Assembly: GCF_964204645.1 (NCBI RefSeq)
Contig: NC_134031.1
Location: 10,604,088-10,668,087 of the forward strand
Length of the DNA stretch: 64,000 nucleotides
From: Tubulanus polymorphus
Lineage: Eukaryota > Animalia > Nemertea
Direction: 5' to 3'
Shown here piece by piece: positions 1-12,900 of this stretch. The translations under genes and the position numbers were made by a program. Below the pieces are notes generated by a model. It made no database searches. It had not been told where the DNA came from and saw nothing but the letters and a program-made list of their open reading frames with translations. The first letter of the stretch is position 1, and each line of letters begins with the position of its first letter.

Positions 1-420
1 TCTAGGATAACCCATCCACAAAATGTCACCAAATGATCTTAAACTGTCTATGTGATAGAGCCCGGAAATGAAAAATACATAAAAGCTTCTAGTAACCTTG
101 ACATTTGACCAACAGGACCAAAAATCTAATCAGTTACCCACGGTCCCTAGGATAACACATCCATAGAATTTCAGTAAGTTATCTTAAACCGTTTATGAGC
201 TAGAGCCCAGAAATGAAATTTACAAAATGGCTTCCTTTGACCTTGACCTAAGACCTACAGGATCCAAAATCTAATCAGTTACTAGCGTCATATATTATAG
301 TACAACTGTTGAATTTGAAGAAAATCTGTCAAACGGTTTAGGCACGGAAACAACTGCAGACAGATGGACGGAGAGACGATGGAGTGAATACAGTATGCCA
401 ACGCGTTGTGGGGGAATTGA
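1..420. repeat. Fragment of a HINE/DINE-1-like repeat with internal tandem units
   Basis: Two related ~145-bp units (ctaggataac...accttgac...aaaatctaatcagttac), then a cagacagatggacgg microsatellite-like tract like those ending other HINE-like repeats here. Confidence 0.55.
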
Positions 421-642
421 AATGTATTTGGGACATGCAATTACATTTTCCCCCATTCTTGGGCCTATTTTTCTTAATTTACAAGATGATATCTACTTTT
501 ATTGCATTCATTCAAAAATCCAAACTGCAACTGTAAGAATTACAGATTAAATCGGCCGATAATGATAACTTAACCAACAAGATGGAAGCCATACACGCAC
601 GCACGTACACACACACACATGTATAATTGTAAATAAACATAC

Positions 643-904
643 CAATGATTTGTCTGAATGTTCATTGATGCGGATAAGAAGTGACTCAAGAATGGGTCTA
701 TGTATCTGTAACTGTTTATAGACGCGATCTGCCTTCTCCAACAATGAATTGATTGTTGAGATTGTTTTTTTGCGATCATCTTCACTCTCAACGGGATCCA
801 CAGCACAACAAGGGCGAGTGTTTAGTGTGTAATCAAACTTGGCATATTTACAGAATCCGCATGCATTACACAAGAATGGGTCTTTCTCATCATAGTTAAT
901 CGCT
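643..904 (-). CDS. UBR4: UBR4 exon (last in window)
   Basis: tcag|[18 protein letters not shown]...[10 protein letters not shown]...DKSL|gtatgt. Confidence 0.95.
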
Positions 905-3900
905 CTGAAAAACATAGAAACAAGATTTTCATGCCTGATGTTCTAAGCAAATGGCATGACTAAATTTGACCTGAACAAAACACTACTAAAAATAAGGGGT
1001 CCAGAAAACCATCATTGAATTACAAACTTAAATGATTGTGCTACAGGCAAATGCAAGGATCTACCAGAGGCGCATCTGTTTGAAATGGGATTGCACCAAA
1101 CCTTTTGGTTTGTAGGAAAATCGTCTTTGTTCATACTGGTTTACAAACCAGTTTGCATAAACCGGCGTCTTTGTTCAAGTGTAAACCTAAACGGTTTGCG
1201 TAAAGCAAGTAAACAGCTTTGCGAGCGGTTTGCAACATCAAACTGACTTTTTCAACATGGCCGAATAATGCAATTTCCATGGTCAGCTGACTCAAACCGT
1301 TTTTTCGTTCTGTCGCATTTGTTCACTCTACAGCAAAGCGGTTTATGATGCAATAAACTGATATAAACCGGTTTATACAAACCGATTTAAAAAAAAATGC
1401 GCCTCAGGGGCAACAATGCCTGATTTCCCTGATTGAATTAAAATTGCAACAGACGGCCTGATTTCACCCCGGAATGATGCCACTCTATACTTTTTCTATC
1501 TATTGCCATACTATATCATGCTATACTATCTTTTGCCGTACTATATACTGGATCAACGACGCTATGAGACATCTTCAAAAATGATTGCATCTGTAGTTGT
1601 AATAATAACATGGATAGTAACAAGATCACCACGTAATTTTTGTAGCAGCAAGAATCTAATTAGTGAGCAGTTGATTTTGGGGGAAACCTTGTTTGGAATT
1701 CATTGTGAAATCAGAGCTTCTAAAAATAACGGCTGACTCACTGATGAGGAGTTTATATACAATTAGAGCAAGTTGAATGAGCAGAGGTGAAATAAAAAAT
1801 ATGTACAGTATCAAATGTGTGGGATAAAATAACATTCTGTCATTTGGAATTTTTCAAACTTATAGAATGGGAAATCTCGCTTCTTCAGTTAAATATCTCA
1901 ATGTTGCTTTTTCATAAGATTCACAGTATGGGTAAAAGACACCAACCTAGCCAACTTGGTTAAATGATTGACTATCAGAAATTTCGAATATTCAAAGCTA
2001 ATTTAGATAATGGCGGAAATATATGCCTAATTTCACCTTGCAAGAATTCATCATTGAATGCATAATATGCTCTCAAAAATAGATTTCGAGCAAGTTTGAT
2101 GTTGGGTTATGCAAATGCGAAGAAATTAAGACATGACTCAACAAGAGATGGTTTATAATAGGTGACTCATAGAATCACTTCTTCTTCAAATTGATGGTTT
2201 CTTCAATTAGTAGATCTGTTACATAAGAGTAAAACAATAAAGCCAGTTGGTTAAATAAGCTGCTCTCGAGGCACTGATTTAAAATCCTAGTGATGCCAAC
2301 TGTAAATTAACGATATCTGCTAAGAGTAATTTACAATCATATATTATACTTCGACAAGAGATTTGTTGACAGTAATACTTTAAATCAATTTTTCTTTCAG
2401 TCACAATGCACAATTAATGCTGAATAAAATCAAATGTAACTCGACAAGGACTGAGTTTCAGTGAGAAATGACTTTATCACAGGTAAAATGATGGTTAAGA
2501 AAGCCTGAAAGGAACAGCAATTACAAGGTGTCTACCCACACCACGTAAACTTTCAATCAATTTTGAGTTAATTTTGTTTCATGTTAATGACACAATATCA
2601 ATAGCAGGTTTCAAACTTTTACATGGCACGGATCGATGTTATTAATTCCAAAGAACTTGTGAAATGCACAGATCATATTTCAAAGACAAACCTGCATTTG
2701 TGACACTGGAAAACATTTTCACCACAGTTGCTACATACACCAGGATTAGCTGGAACCGAGGCACTGCAACGTGGACAGGAAAGTGTCTCAGCAGATGCTT
2801 GGAAATTATCATAGAAATCTCCATACTCAATCATCAGATTGCAGGCAGTGATTGGTAATGGGAATTCCACCTAGAAAAAAAATACAACAGCATATTGACC
2901 AATTGAAGCTATGAGTTAAGATTTAAACAGGAGCCCATAAGGCACTAAAATGTAGCTTACAATGCATCATAATCGTAAGTAGCAAAACCCAAAATTAATT
3001 GCCCATGGGCAAAGCGGTTTAACTTGAGAACTGGAGCTTATTTGGAATATTTTATATTCTATTTTATCCTTTTCAGAGAATTATTTTGTAGTCAAACAAG
3101 GCCAAAAATATATATTTGTTTATGGTCCATGTCAAAAATCTTGTAGGGTACAGGCAGGTAGGGAAACTATTTTCTATTTTGAAAAAACAATTTTCACAAT
3201 ATAAAAAATATTTGAATAAAATTCATATGATATCACCAATCAGAGGGTGGCTGAATATTGAATCTTGGCAACCTCTTCCAATGTAAGGCCGGTACCGTAA
3301 AAAAATCCCCGCATGTAAGTAGATCGTTTTAAACCCTGGATTTTACCACTAAAACATTGACCTTGACTTACACACTGAGCGAGGCAATAGTTTTCTGCTT
3401 AGTTTCTTCAGGTCACAAGAAATTACAATTCATTACAAATTATACCAAACATAGAACACAGTGCTCATTTGCAATAATAGTTTAAATGATTTTTCATGAA
3501 AAGCAAATTTTCATGTCAAACGTGCTTTTATTTGAACGCCACTTGAAACAATGCACTCTAACACGTGCTAGCAAGCAGCGATACACGTTACAGTATCACT
3601 AAAATAGTGTATGCTGTACAAGCGCGCAAGTCTGAAGGCCATTAGTGAATGTTCGCTTACATTCCAACGACACTTCAATTCAAAAATCCTATTCTAATAT
3701 TCTAATGATTGTGATCAATTATTATGACCATGCAATATAATAAAATATATCCACATAATAAAAAATATAATATCAGGCCTAAACCTAGAATTATTTCTTC
3801 TGCATTCACACAACAGGTGACATGCACACCCGATTGCAAGACAAACAAATAATAAGTCACTTGTTTCTAAAGAGGCAATTATCATTTTTCAATAAATTAA

Positions 3901-6900
3901 GAATGAATTATCTTACCTTGACTTCTGTCTGTCCAGCACTTAATGTAACTTTTTTGGCTTTGTGCCACAATCCTGGCCTGGAATATTAAGTAATCTATCA
4001 GGTACTATTGAATTATCACACATTATATGATGAAAAAAAACTTGAAATTCCATGCTTTTGCTAGCCAGAAGTTACAAAATAATATTCAGGATAAATAAGC
4101 GTTCAAATAGCATTCAATATCATTTTGCGAGGAGCAGCATGTGCATGAAGAGATTTATTTCAATGAAGTGTAAAATGGACTTGATGTAACTGAGCTATTG
4201 ACACAGTTTCCCCTTAACTGAAATCGAATACTTCAATAATTAATGAAAGGAAACTCCAATGGATGATACAACACGTGATTTAAGCACTGCATTTTAAGGA
4301 ATCACCTGCAATGAGCGTGCCGGTAGCTTGTTATGCTTGCATAAATTCGGCCAGCTAAGCCATGGCTAAGATGTTTTTACAGGGAATGTATTGGAGGAAA
4401 CACTTGACATGTGTAAAGGTGCTGACTTAAGTGAATCGCCCTAAGTCAAACTTGTTGATTTTGATAATGCCAACTCTTGCGCTGCAGATGTGTCTCGGCT
4501 AAAAACTCAATTTTCATCAAATTCATTAATCTCCTTGCTGCTTCCTTACACTGATAAATTTTACCAATATCACTTGGTGCACCGACATCACACCATATGC
4601 ATCAGTCATACGTTTGATTTATTGAGATATTTAGGGTTTTCTGTTCACAAAAAACCCTATTGAGATTTGCCTGTTTCTTATCATTATTATTTTATGTCAC
4701 ACTATTTTCACTAAACGAACATAAGCTTTGTTACCTTGCCACTGTTGCCGATACAATCCGTATGATATCCTTCAGCTAACTTCGATCAACAAATACTCCG
4801 TGCGTATTTTGATAAATCAATGTTATAAAAGCATTGTCGGGCCGTAAACATCGAAAATTGGGCCCCATGCAATGAGGCGACATGTTTTTCTGATTCGTCA
4901 TCCTGAAATCCACCGGCGGCTGCTCGTCACTTTGATTATGAATTCAAGTGTAAATAAATAAATCTATTACCCCAAGACTTCAGCCACGGGTTTCAAACAG
5001 TTATTTTTAACAATTACCCATTTTCCTCATCAAATCATATTACCGATACACAGGAAATTTACTGCTCTAGATTCTAAAAGCACTGTCGAGCCATAAACAT
5101 GGATGAATCGACGTGTGTCTCTACATCGTCGTTCCGGGGATCAGCTGTGAGTTTCTCCGCATCATGAGAATAAAATCAAGTGCAAAAGAATTTATTACTA
5201 CAAGTGTTTTGGCCACGGGCTTCTATCAGTTAGTTTAAAAATACCTATTTTCCTTTACCAAATTTACCATGTTTTTACTAGGATAAATCATTAGAGTACC
5301 GGTGAGTCGTAGACCTAAACAAAACATGCCTAAGGAGATGTAGCAGAGAAAAGCTGTTGTGTCGACCAGTTATCAAAATAAAAGAATATATTACTTCATT
5401 CAGCCGTGGGCTTCAACCATTTATCAATACTCTATATTTCCTACAGTACATACCAATCATTGTCAAATCCACAAGGTATTTACTAAATACAAGTATATAA
5501 TATACTCTTATCCGTAAGCTGGACACACGCTTGATATTCGTAGTAAGCGTTCGCTGCGGGGGAAAGGAGGCTGTGTCGCTTGAATTGTTTGTCGAGGCGT
5601 ATGCAACCATTAGGCCTAATGGTACTGAGCTTTACAGTCTCAAACAACCACAGTTTAATTCTTGCGTTTATCAATGGACTCATTGGATTGAACTTCAAAA
5701 CAAAATAGAAATAAAAATCCGTCAACATTGCTACGATTTACAAAAGATTTCTTTCATCATAATCAGAAAATGAAATTGATTTTCCGAATTGAATACCCCA
5801 CAGACCTATCCCTGTTAAATAAGGTGTAGGATTACGATGTTTGGGAGGGTTGAAATTCAATAGACCTAAGAGCAATCGCAGAATCTTTTTCATTCGAATG
5901 AAATTTTCTGATCAGAACATTAAGTTTTTTGTTGGATCAAGTATATTGTGCGATCGAAGCGTTTTTTGTTCCAATCAACAAAATTTTGATGGAACTAAAT
6001 GGTCTTTTCGTCAAAATGAGTAATCTTTATTCGAACAAAATAATCGTCTGAATCGAACACAAGGGTATAATCTGAACCTGGGTTTTCTTTGTATCCAATA
6101 TCCATATCGTGCCTTTTAGTTTGAAGCCCATCTTCCATGTTTCTGACCATGTACGGAACACAGCTTGTTTAGGTCGTTTTGGAAATTTACCCGGTCCGGT
6201 ACATTTTGGAGTACTGTGTAAATCATTTATCAGGACAGTGAAGAGAAGAGGACTTAGGATACCCTTAGTTAGACCAACTTATTACAAGATGAGGCGTTCC
6301 GTTGATTTTGGCCACCTACTTTCGTTCGGAGAAAACTGCTGAGCCATTTGAGCGACCCATCATTGATACTGTTTCCCAATAGCTTGTTTATAAATGGCTG
6401 ATGTTGTACCTTATCAAATGCTTAGTGTCGAAATCCATAAAGACTAATTAAGGCCTAACAGTCGATTTTCCAGAGTCAAATAAGACCATCTGGTCCAGTC
6501 GTCCATGGCTTCAAGTAGGTATAATTGACTGTTTGTCGACCTTCCTTTTATAAAACTGTGTTGACTGTTGAACAGGATTTTAAGACTGTGCAGAAAACCC
6601 ATTATTGCTGCTTTGCAGCTATATTTATTTGAGATTGACCCCTACTGACAATGGTAAGCCAACAACTTAATGACTCATCGTACTCAAATAAGTTGTACGA
6701 GCGATATTTGACTTACCGATTTTTAAGTTCCACTACTGCAGCAACAGATCTGTTATTGTAGTAGAAACTGATAGTACGAACCATTTTTGTACGTTTCAGA
6801 TCACTGATACGCAACGTTACCTTGGCGATATTATGACTTCCGATAAGTTTTACTATCTGTGTGGTGGTTGTGAATTTCGAGTCAACTTTAATTGATGTCA

Positions 6901-9900
6901 GTTTAATGTTCTACAATACAAACATATTTCAATGTTATATAAATTCATATTCAACAATTATTTCTGTTGTTCATTCTGTGTTTCATCAATGGGTTGGCTT
7001 CACTTCAATCATAAGCTCTTGACAAACCTAGGGTTGTAAAAACTTGACAAAAATAACCTGAAATGATAACGTCAGTGAGGCCAACAAATGAAATTTTTTA
7101 GTGTAAGTTCAGTGCTATTGTCTTCCATCATAAATCACCCAGCCGAGCATTTTAGGCATGACTGAATGAATTTGCAAAATAATAAATTGCCCATGGGCAA
7201 AGTGTGGTTTACCTTGAAAGCTAGAGGTTGTTTGGAATAAAGGGCATTGCTTGAAAAATCTTTTTTTTAATTCGTGTTTCAAAGTGCTACAAGTTTATCT
7301 TGTATTTCATCTTTCTTAAAGAATTACTTTGTAGTCAAATAAGACCAAAGATATACATTTTTTACGGTCCACGTCCAAAACTTTGTAGGGTACAGGTAGG
7401 CGCGGCAGGAAAACTATAATATATTTTGAAAAAATATGTTTCACAATATGAAAAACTATTCAAATAAGGGCATCCCAAAATAATTGTCCGTCTGCCGTAA
7501 CACCGACTCACCTTTTCAGGATGAGTCGGTAGGTAGGTAGAAAATTTTTTTTTGCAAAATTTTTGGGCAAAAAAAAACAAATTTTTCACCTTTGGGCTTT
7601 TCTACATGGAAACAATATCGCAAAAATCATGTAAGTTGTGCACGGGAAATATGTGTAATAACGTAGATTTGAAGAATTATTCTTAAATTATAACTTCGTC
7701 CAGACTGTCATCTCTGTGTTAAAAATGAAACAGTACATTGAATGTGTGCGCGCTTTTACGTTACGAGCTTTAATATAGTCAATATTAGAATTAATGGCAG
7801 CTTATTGGAACACTGCCAGTTTCCTGGAAAACTTAAATTAGGCCACATGTCAAGGCATGTTTTCACACAATGCTCATACGTCGGCAGTGGGTCGGTCGGT
7901 CGGCCGATTTTATCAGAAATAAAATTTATTTCAATGAATCCCAGAAAAACGTTTTCACTCGGTACCTTTGAAGACGGGTCGGTCGGGTTACGGCGAACAG
8001 ACCATTATTTTGGGATGGCCTAAAATTCATATGATGTCTTATATCAGAGGGTGGCTGAATATTGGGTCTTGGAAACCTCTTCCAATGTTGGCCGCGGAAG
8101 CTAAAATTACAATTTTTCGAACTAAAATTTGTATTTCCGAGTAGTACTTACCCTTTCCTATGGTTTTTGCCAATATTTCCTAAATTTGGATTTATCGCCA
8201 ATGGTTTTTCTATACGACCCGGCCCTGCGGTATTGCATTTAGCCACCGGCGAAATCCGCCATCTTTTTACGTCGTAGCAGACCAAAAAGAAAAAACAGCT
8301 ATACGGGGCAGGTGGGCGGGATTCCCACCATAGGAAAGGGTAAGTACTACTCGGAAATACAAATTTTAGTTCCAAAAATTGTAATATTTCTGTCGAGTAC
8401 TGTACCCTTTCCTATGGTTTTTGCTAAAATAGTCTAGCACAAGGATGGTGGGAAAGGTAGATAGAAAAACCACCGCTCAAACGCAAGGTAAGAGGGAAAA
8501 AGAGAGCACTTACTCAAGCACAGAATGGAGCACTGTAGCACAGGGAAGACCGGTTGGCCACAGTGAGTCCGTCCAGCTCAGGGGCCCCCCCCAGAATTTT
8601 GCGAAATTAATACTTGCAGATATGAGCCCAAACTATGTACAAGGATACACCCCCTGCGATCCTGATAATGCAACATAAATATTCTACACTAAAGGGTCCG
8701 ATCGGAAAGAACGGACACCTTGAGCCATGACAACAGGACCAAGTGAAGCTAATGAGCCTAACTGGCCTGAAACATCCCGTAAATAAAATGACGTGAATGT
8801 CGATGGAGAATTCCCAAAAGGCGGCCCGACAGACTTCCTCCAACGGAGCACCCGAAAAGGCTGCGCAGGAAGTAGCCATAGACCTCACTTGATGAGAAAC
8901 CACTCCCTCCGAGGAAAGATTCTCCTTCAATAAAATGTCCTTGATCAGTGAAGAGACCCATTGGGCCACTGTGTCCCGTGAAATATCACCCTTTAGGTGA
9001 TCCAGCAGCGGAATAAATAACCGCTCCCGTGAACCCCTCCGTGAAGCAGAGCGATCTAAATAGAAACACAACGCCCGCACAGGACATAAAGTCCTGTCCG
9101 GGATGCTTGGTTTCACTCGATGTTTTAGGGCTTCAATTCGCCATTGACGCCCAACCGAGCCTGGTCGTTGGTTCTTTGCCAAAAATTCCGAAGCAGGCCG
9201 CAGCGAAACAAATTCCTTGGCCCAAAGACAATATGACCTTGTCGGACTGAATGCGCATGAATCTCAGAGCGACGGGCCGAGCAAGCCAAGAACAGCAAAA
9301 ATACAGTCTTTTTTTACAAATTTGCAAATGACGCTGCCGAAAGAGGTCAAATGGAGCCTCCATTAACTTCTTCAAAATTACAGACAGATCCCATGGTGGA
9401 ACTGTTCTTGGTACCCGAGGCCGGGAAATGGAAAACCCTGCAACCAGCTGGGATATCCGATGATCCCCTGCTACATTTGGCCATCCAGAAGCACGCAATG
9501 TATGAGAAATCGCGGAGCGGTAACCTTTAATAGTTATGACCTGCAAACCTTTTACTACAAATAGGTGCAGTAAAAAATCTGCCAATTGAGCTACAGAGGG
9601 TGAGCATGGATCAATTTCCCCTGCAGCACACCAATCCGCAAAAATGACTCCATTTGGCATCGTAAATGGTACTTGTTGATGGCCGCTTAGATCCTGCGAT
9701 AAAGGAGGCAGCCTGTTCTGAAAAGCCTGAAGTTGACAAGGATCGCTGGACAATGGCCAGGCGAGCAGATTTAACCACTGGCTGTTTGGATGATGCCGAA
9801 AGTTCCCCTGAGACAGAAGCGATGGGAAATTCGGAAGAATCCTGGGGTTGTCGCACAGTAGGTTGAGAAATGGTAGGAACCATTTCTGAGCCGGCCAACA

Positions 9901-12900
9901 TGGTGCTACCAGAACTATGTTGCAATTGACTGATCTCTCTATTTGATCCAGTAAGTGGGGCAGGACTGGTGTGGGCGGGAACGCATACGCATGCATCCCC
10001 GACCAGTCCAGAGAGAAGGCATCGATCCCCCATGCTTCCGCGTCTGGAAACGGGGACACAAACAGAGGACACCTCCGATTGAACCCAGTGGCAAACAAAT
10101 CCAGCAGCAGATTGCCAAACATGCCCCGGACCCGATCGGCTACTTCTTGGTGGAGAACCCATTCTGTCGCAATAGCCTGACCTCGACGAGACAGAGCATC
10201 GGCCATCACGTTCCTTTTCCCTGCTAAATGTGCCACAGTCAGGGACACGCCCTTTGTCTGGCACCAAAGAAGAATTTTGGCCGACACACCTGTGAGGGTT
10301 TCTGAGTGAGTGCCCCCTTGGTTCTGAAGGTAAGCCCTCACTGTTGAATTGTCTGTGGCTAACCAAACGTGGTGGCCCTCCACTCTCCTGTGAAAGAACT
10401 TCAGAGCCAGCCACACGGCCAGCATTTCTAGGAAATTTATGTGGTTGGTGGCCTCTTAGCGAGACCATCTCCCGGCTTTTACTCGGTTCTCCAGATGTGC
10501 CCCCCATCCTTGGTGACTGGCATCCGTGAATACACGAACTGGAGCCTCTAACGGGGCTAGTGACACCCCGAGCCGAAGATTCGTAGTTGCCACCCACCAC
10601 TGAAGATCCGGACTTAGATCGGTTGGAGGTACGGGAATCAAAGTCTCCCAGTTGCCCTTCGACTGAGACCAGAAGACCTTCCAATATTGTTGCAAGCGCC
10701 TGCCTAAGGGCACCACCAGACCCATGGAGCTGATGGAGCCTAGAAGCCGTGACCAGTAACGAGCTGTTCTTGGGGTTGTGGACACTCCCGCTACAGCTTC
10801 TTGAAGTTTGGCTACTCGAGCCATAGACGGAAAGACTTTGCCGATTCGGAGATCGAAGTCCATGCCGAGATAAGTGAACTGTTGGGCCGGCGTCAACTGA
10901 GATTTTTCCCTGTTTACGCGGAACCCTAGCTGATGGACTAAGTCCAAAACTGAGGTCATTGCCTCCCGACATTCCTGAGCCGAAATCGCGACTATTAACC
11001 AGTCGTCGAGGTTAACGAACAGTCGAACACCCCTTGACTGAAGTACCTTCTGAACTGATTTGACCAACTTGGTGAAAACCCACGGGGCCGTACTGAGGCC
11101 AAATGGAAGAGACCTGAATTGGAACTGGCGGCCTTTCCACTTTATCCTGAGAAATCGCCGAGATTTTGGGTGAATTGGAACCTGAAAGTAAGCATCTTTC
11201 AGGTCCAACGAAGCCGCCCATTGACCCGGAGGGAGCCCTTGAATCATGTCCTTGGGCTTGGTCATCCGGAACCTTGGAATGTCTAGGTGCTGATTGAGGG
11301 ATGACAGATCTATCACTGTCCGTTGACCCCCTGTGGCCTTTGGTACCATGAATATTCGAGAAAAACAGCCGGGAGAAGTTTCGTTGCAAACTGGTTCTAT
11401 CGCTCCCTTCTCGGCCAATTCCTTGAGAGCCCGAGAGATTAAGGCCTCCTGACCTGGTTTTGGCCGCATGTCGGGAGGTGACCTCATCAGGCGCGGTCGC
11501 CTTAGGAAACGGAGACGGTAGCCACGAGAGACGACCCGGGAGGGCCAACCGTCTCCGAAAAGGTCGGACCAGTGGGTTGCTGCCTGCTGCAGACAACCTC
11601 CCACTGGTCCCAAGAATTCATTTTGAGTTTTTCCGAAAGGAAGAGCCCCTTTTTGGAGCCTTCCTCTTGCCTCGATACGAACCGGAACTGTTACGACTGG
11701 ACGAGGCTTGACACGATTGTTGAAGTTGCGCGCTAGTTCTCCAACCGGCATCCGAAGCCGCCTGAGAAAGGGCTGAAGTTTGAGATGGTCCTGTTTGCGT
11801 CCGTGCCGAACCTTGCGCCGCCGGCGTCGGACCAGAACGCTTTTTCCACGGAGTTCGGGGGTTGGACTTGGCCTGAACCTCCCGAATCTTCCTCAGCTCA
11901 GCGGAAACCGGAGTGCACCAACCGGAGAAGAGACGTGAAGACGTCCCCAATGGAGCTCTCAGCAAAGCATTGGACACCATATCCGGTAGACGAGTTTTGG
12001 AACTGGAGTCCATCAATGACTGACGGGAGGCTAACACAAGATTAGCCTGACCCCGAACCGACAACGGAATTACATGCGAAACAGACCGAGCCAAAGATTG
12101 GATAATCCGGTCCATTCCCTCCAGTTTTAGGGCAACTGACTCTGGGTCGGAGCCCGCATGAACGGCGGCGTCTCGCGAAGCTCACCCATCAACACCTTAA
12201 ATGCCATATCTTGAAACGAACCAACCCTGGTCAGGTTGTCCAGAATTGACGTCATGGCCACCAAACCGGACTTAGGCAAACGAATACCCGACTGTGCTGT
12301 AACGGTATCCGGGCTGATCAAAGTATAATCAGCATCCAGGCAGTTATGACTGTGATCCACAGCACCTGGAGTCGCGTAATACGCCGAGCGAAATGCGCCT
12401 ATAGGTGTATCGGTTGAACTAAAATATTTCCCAGATTTCATACCCCGTTCTGGAGGGGGAAATGAAAATGTTCCAGGCCGACATTCACCCCATAATTGCG
12501 TATCCAATCGAGCCCATTCTCTCGAAACCGCCGAAGACTCCTGTAAAACGTTAAGATCGGAGTCCGGAGGGCGATAAGCTTCCATTGACTCACCGACCAG
12601 AGGAGCTGCTGTGGGCTTAGCGCGATTTGCCCCGTGCTTGACAAAGAACTCACTTATCATCGACCTAAATGGCATGTCCCCCGCTGGTTCGGATAAAACT
12701 GAACGGGACGGAGATACATTGCGAGCCAGGTAAGCCCCCATCGTCTGGGGCAACCCACAATTGCTCGCGACAGGAACGACCCCAGAAGGAATTGCCGCTT
12801 CTGGGACCGGATCCTTATTGAAATCAGACCCTACCGCAGCATCCAGGAATTCAGAGTCAGAATTCCGAAGAACTGAGTGGGCTGGCGAACTTCTAACCGG

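Noticed and set aside
8607-11751. RT plus methyltransferase plus integrase read as a bacterial retron, DGR or prophage contaminant
   Set aside because: Domain order, overlapping frames, ITRs and ICR are diagnostic of DIRS, and the element is embedded in host repeats inside an intron.
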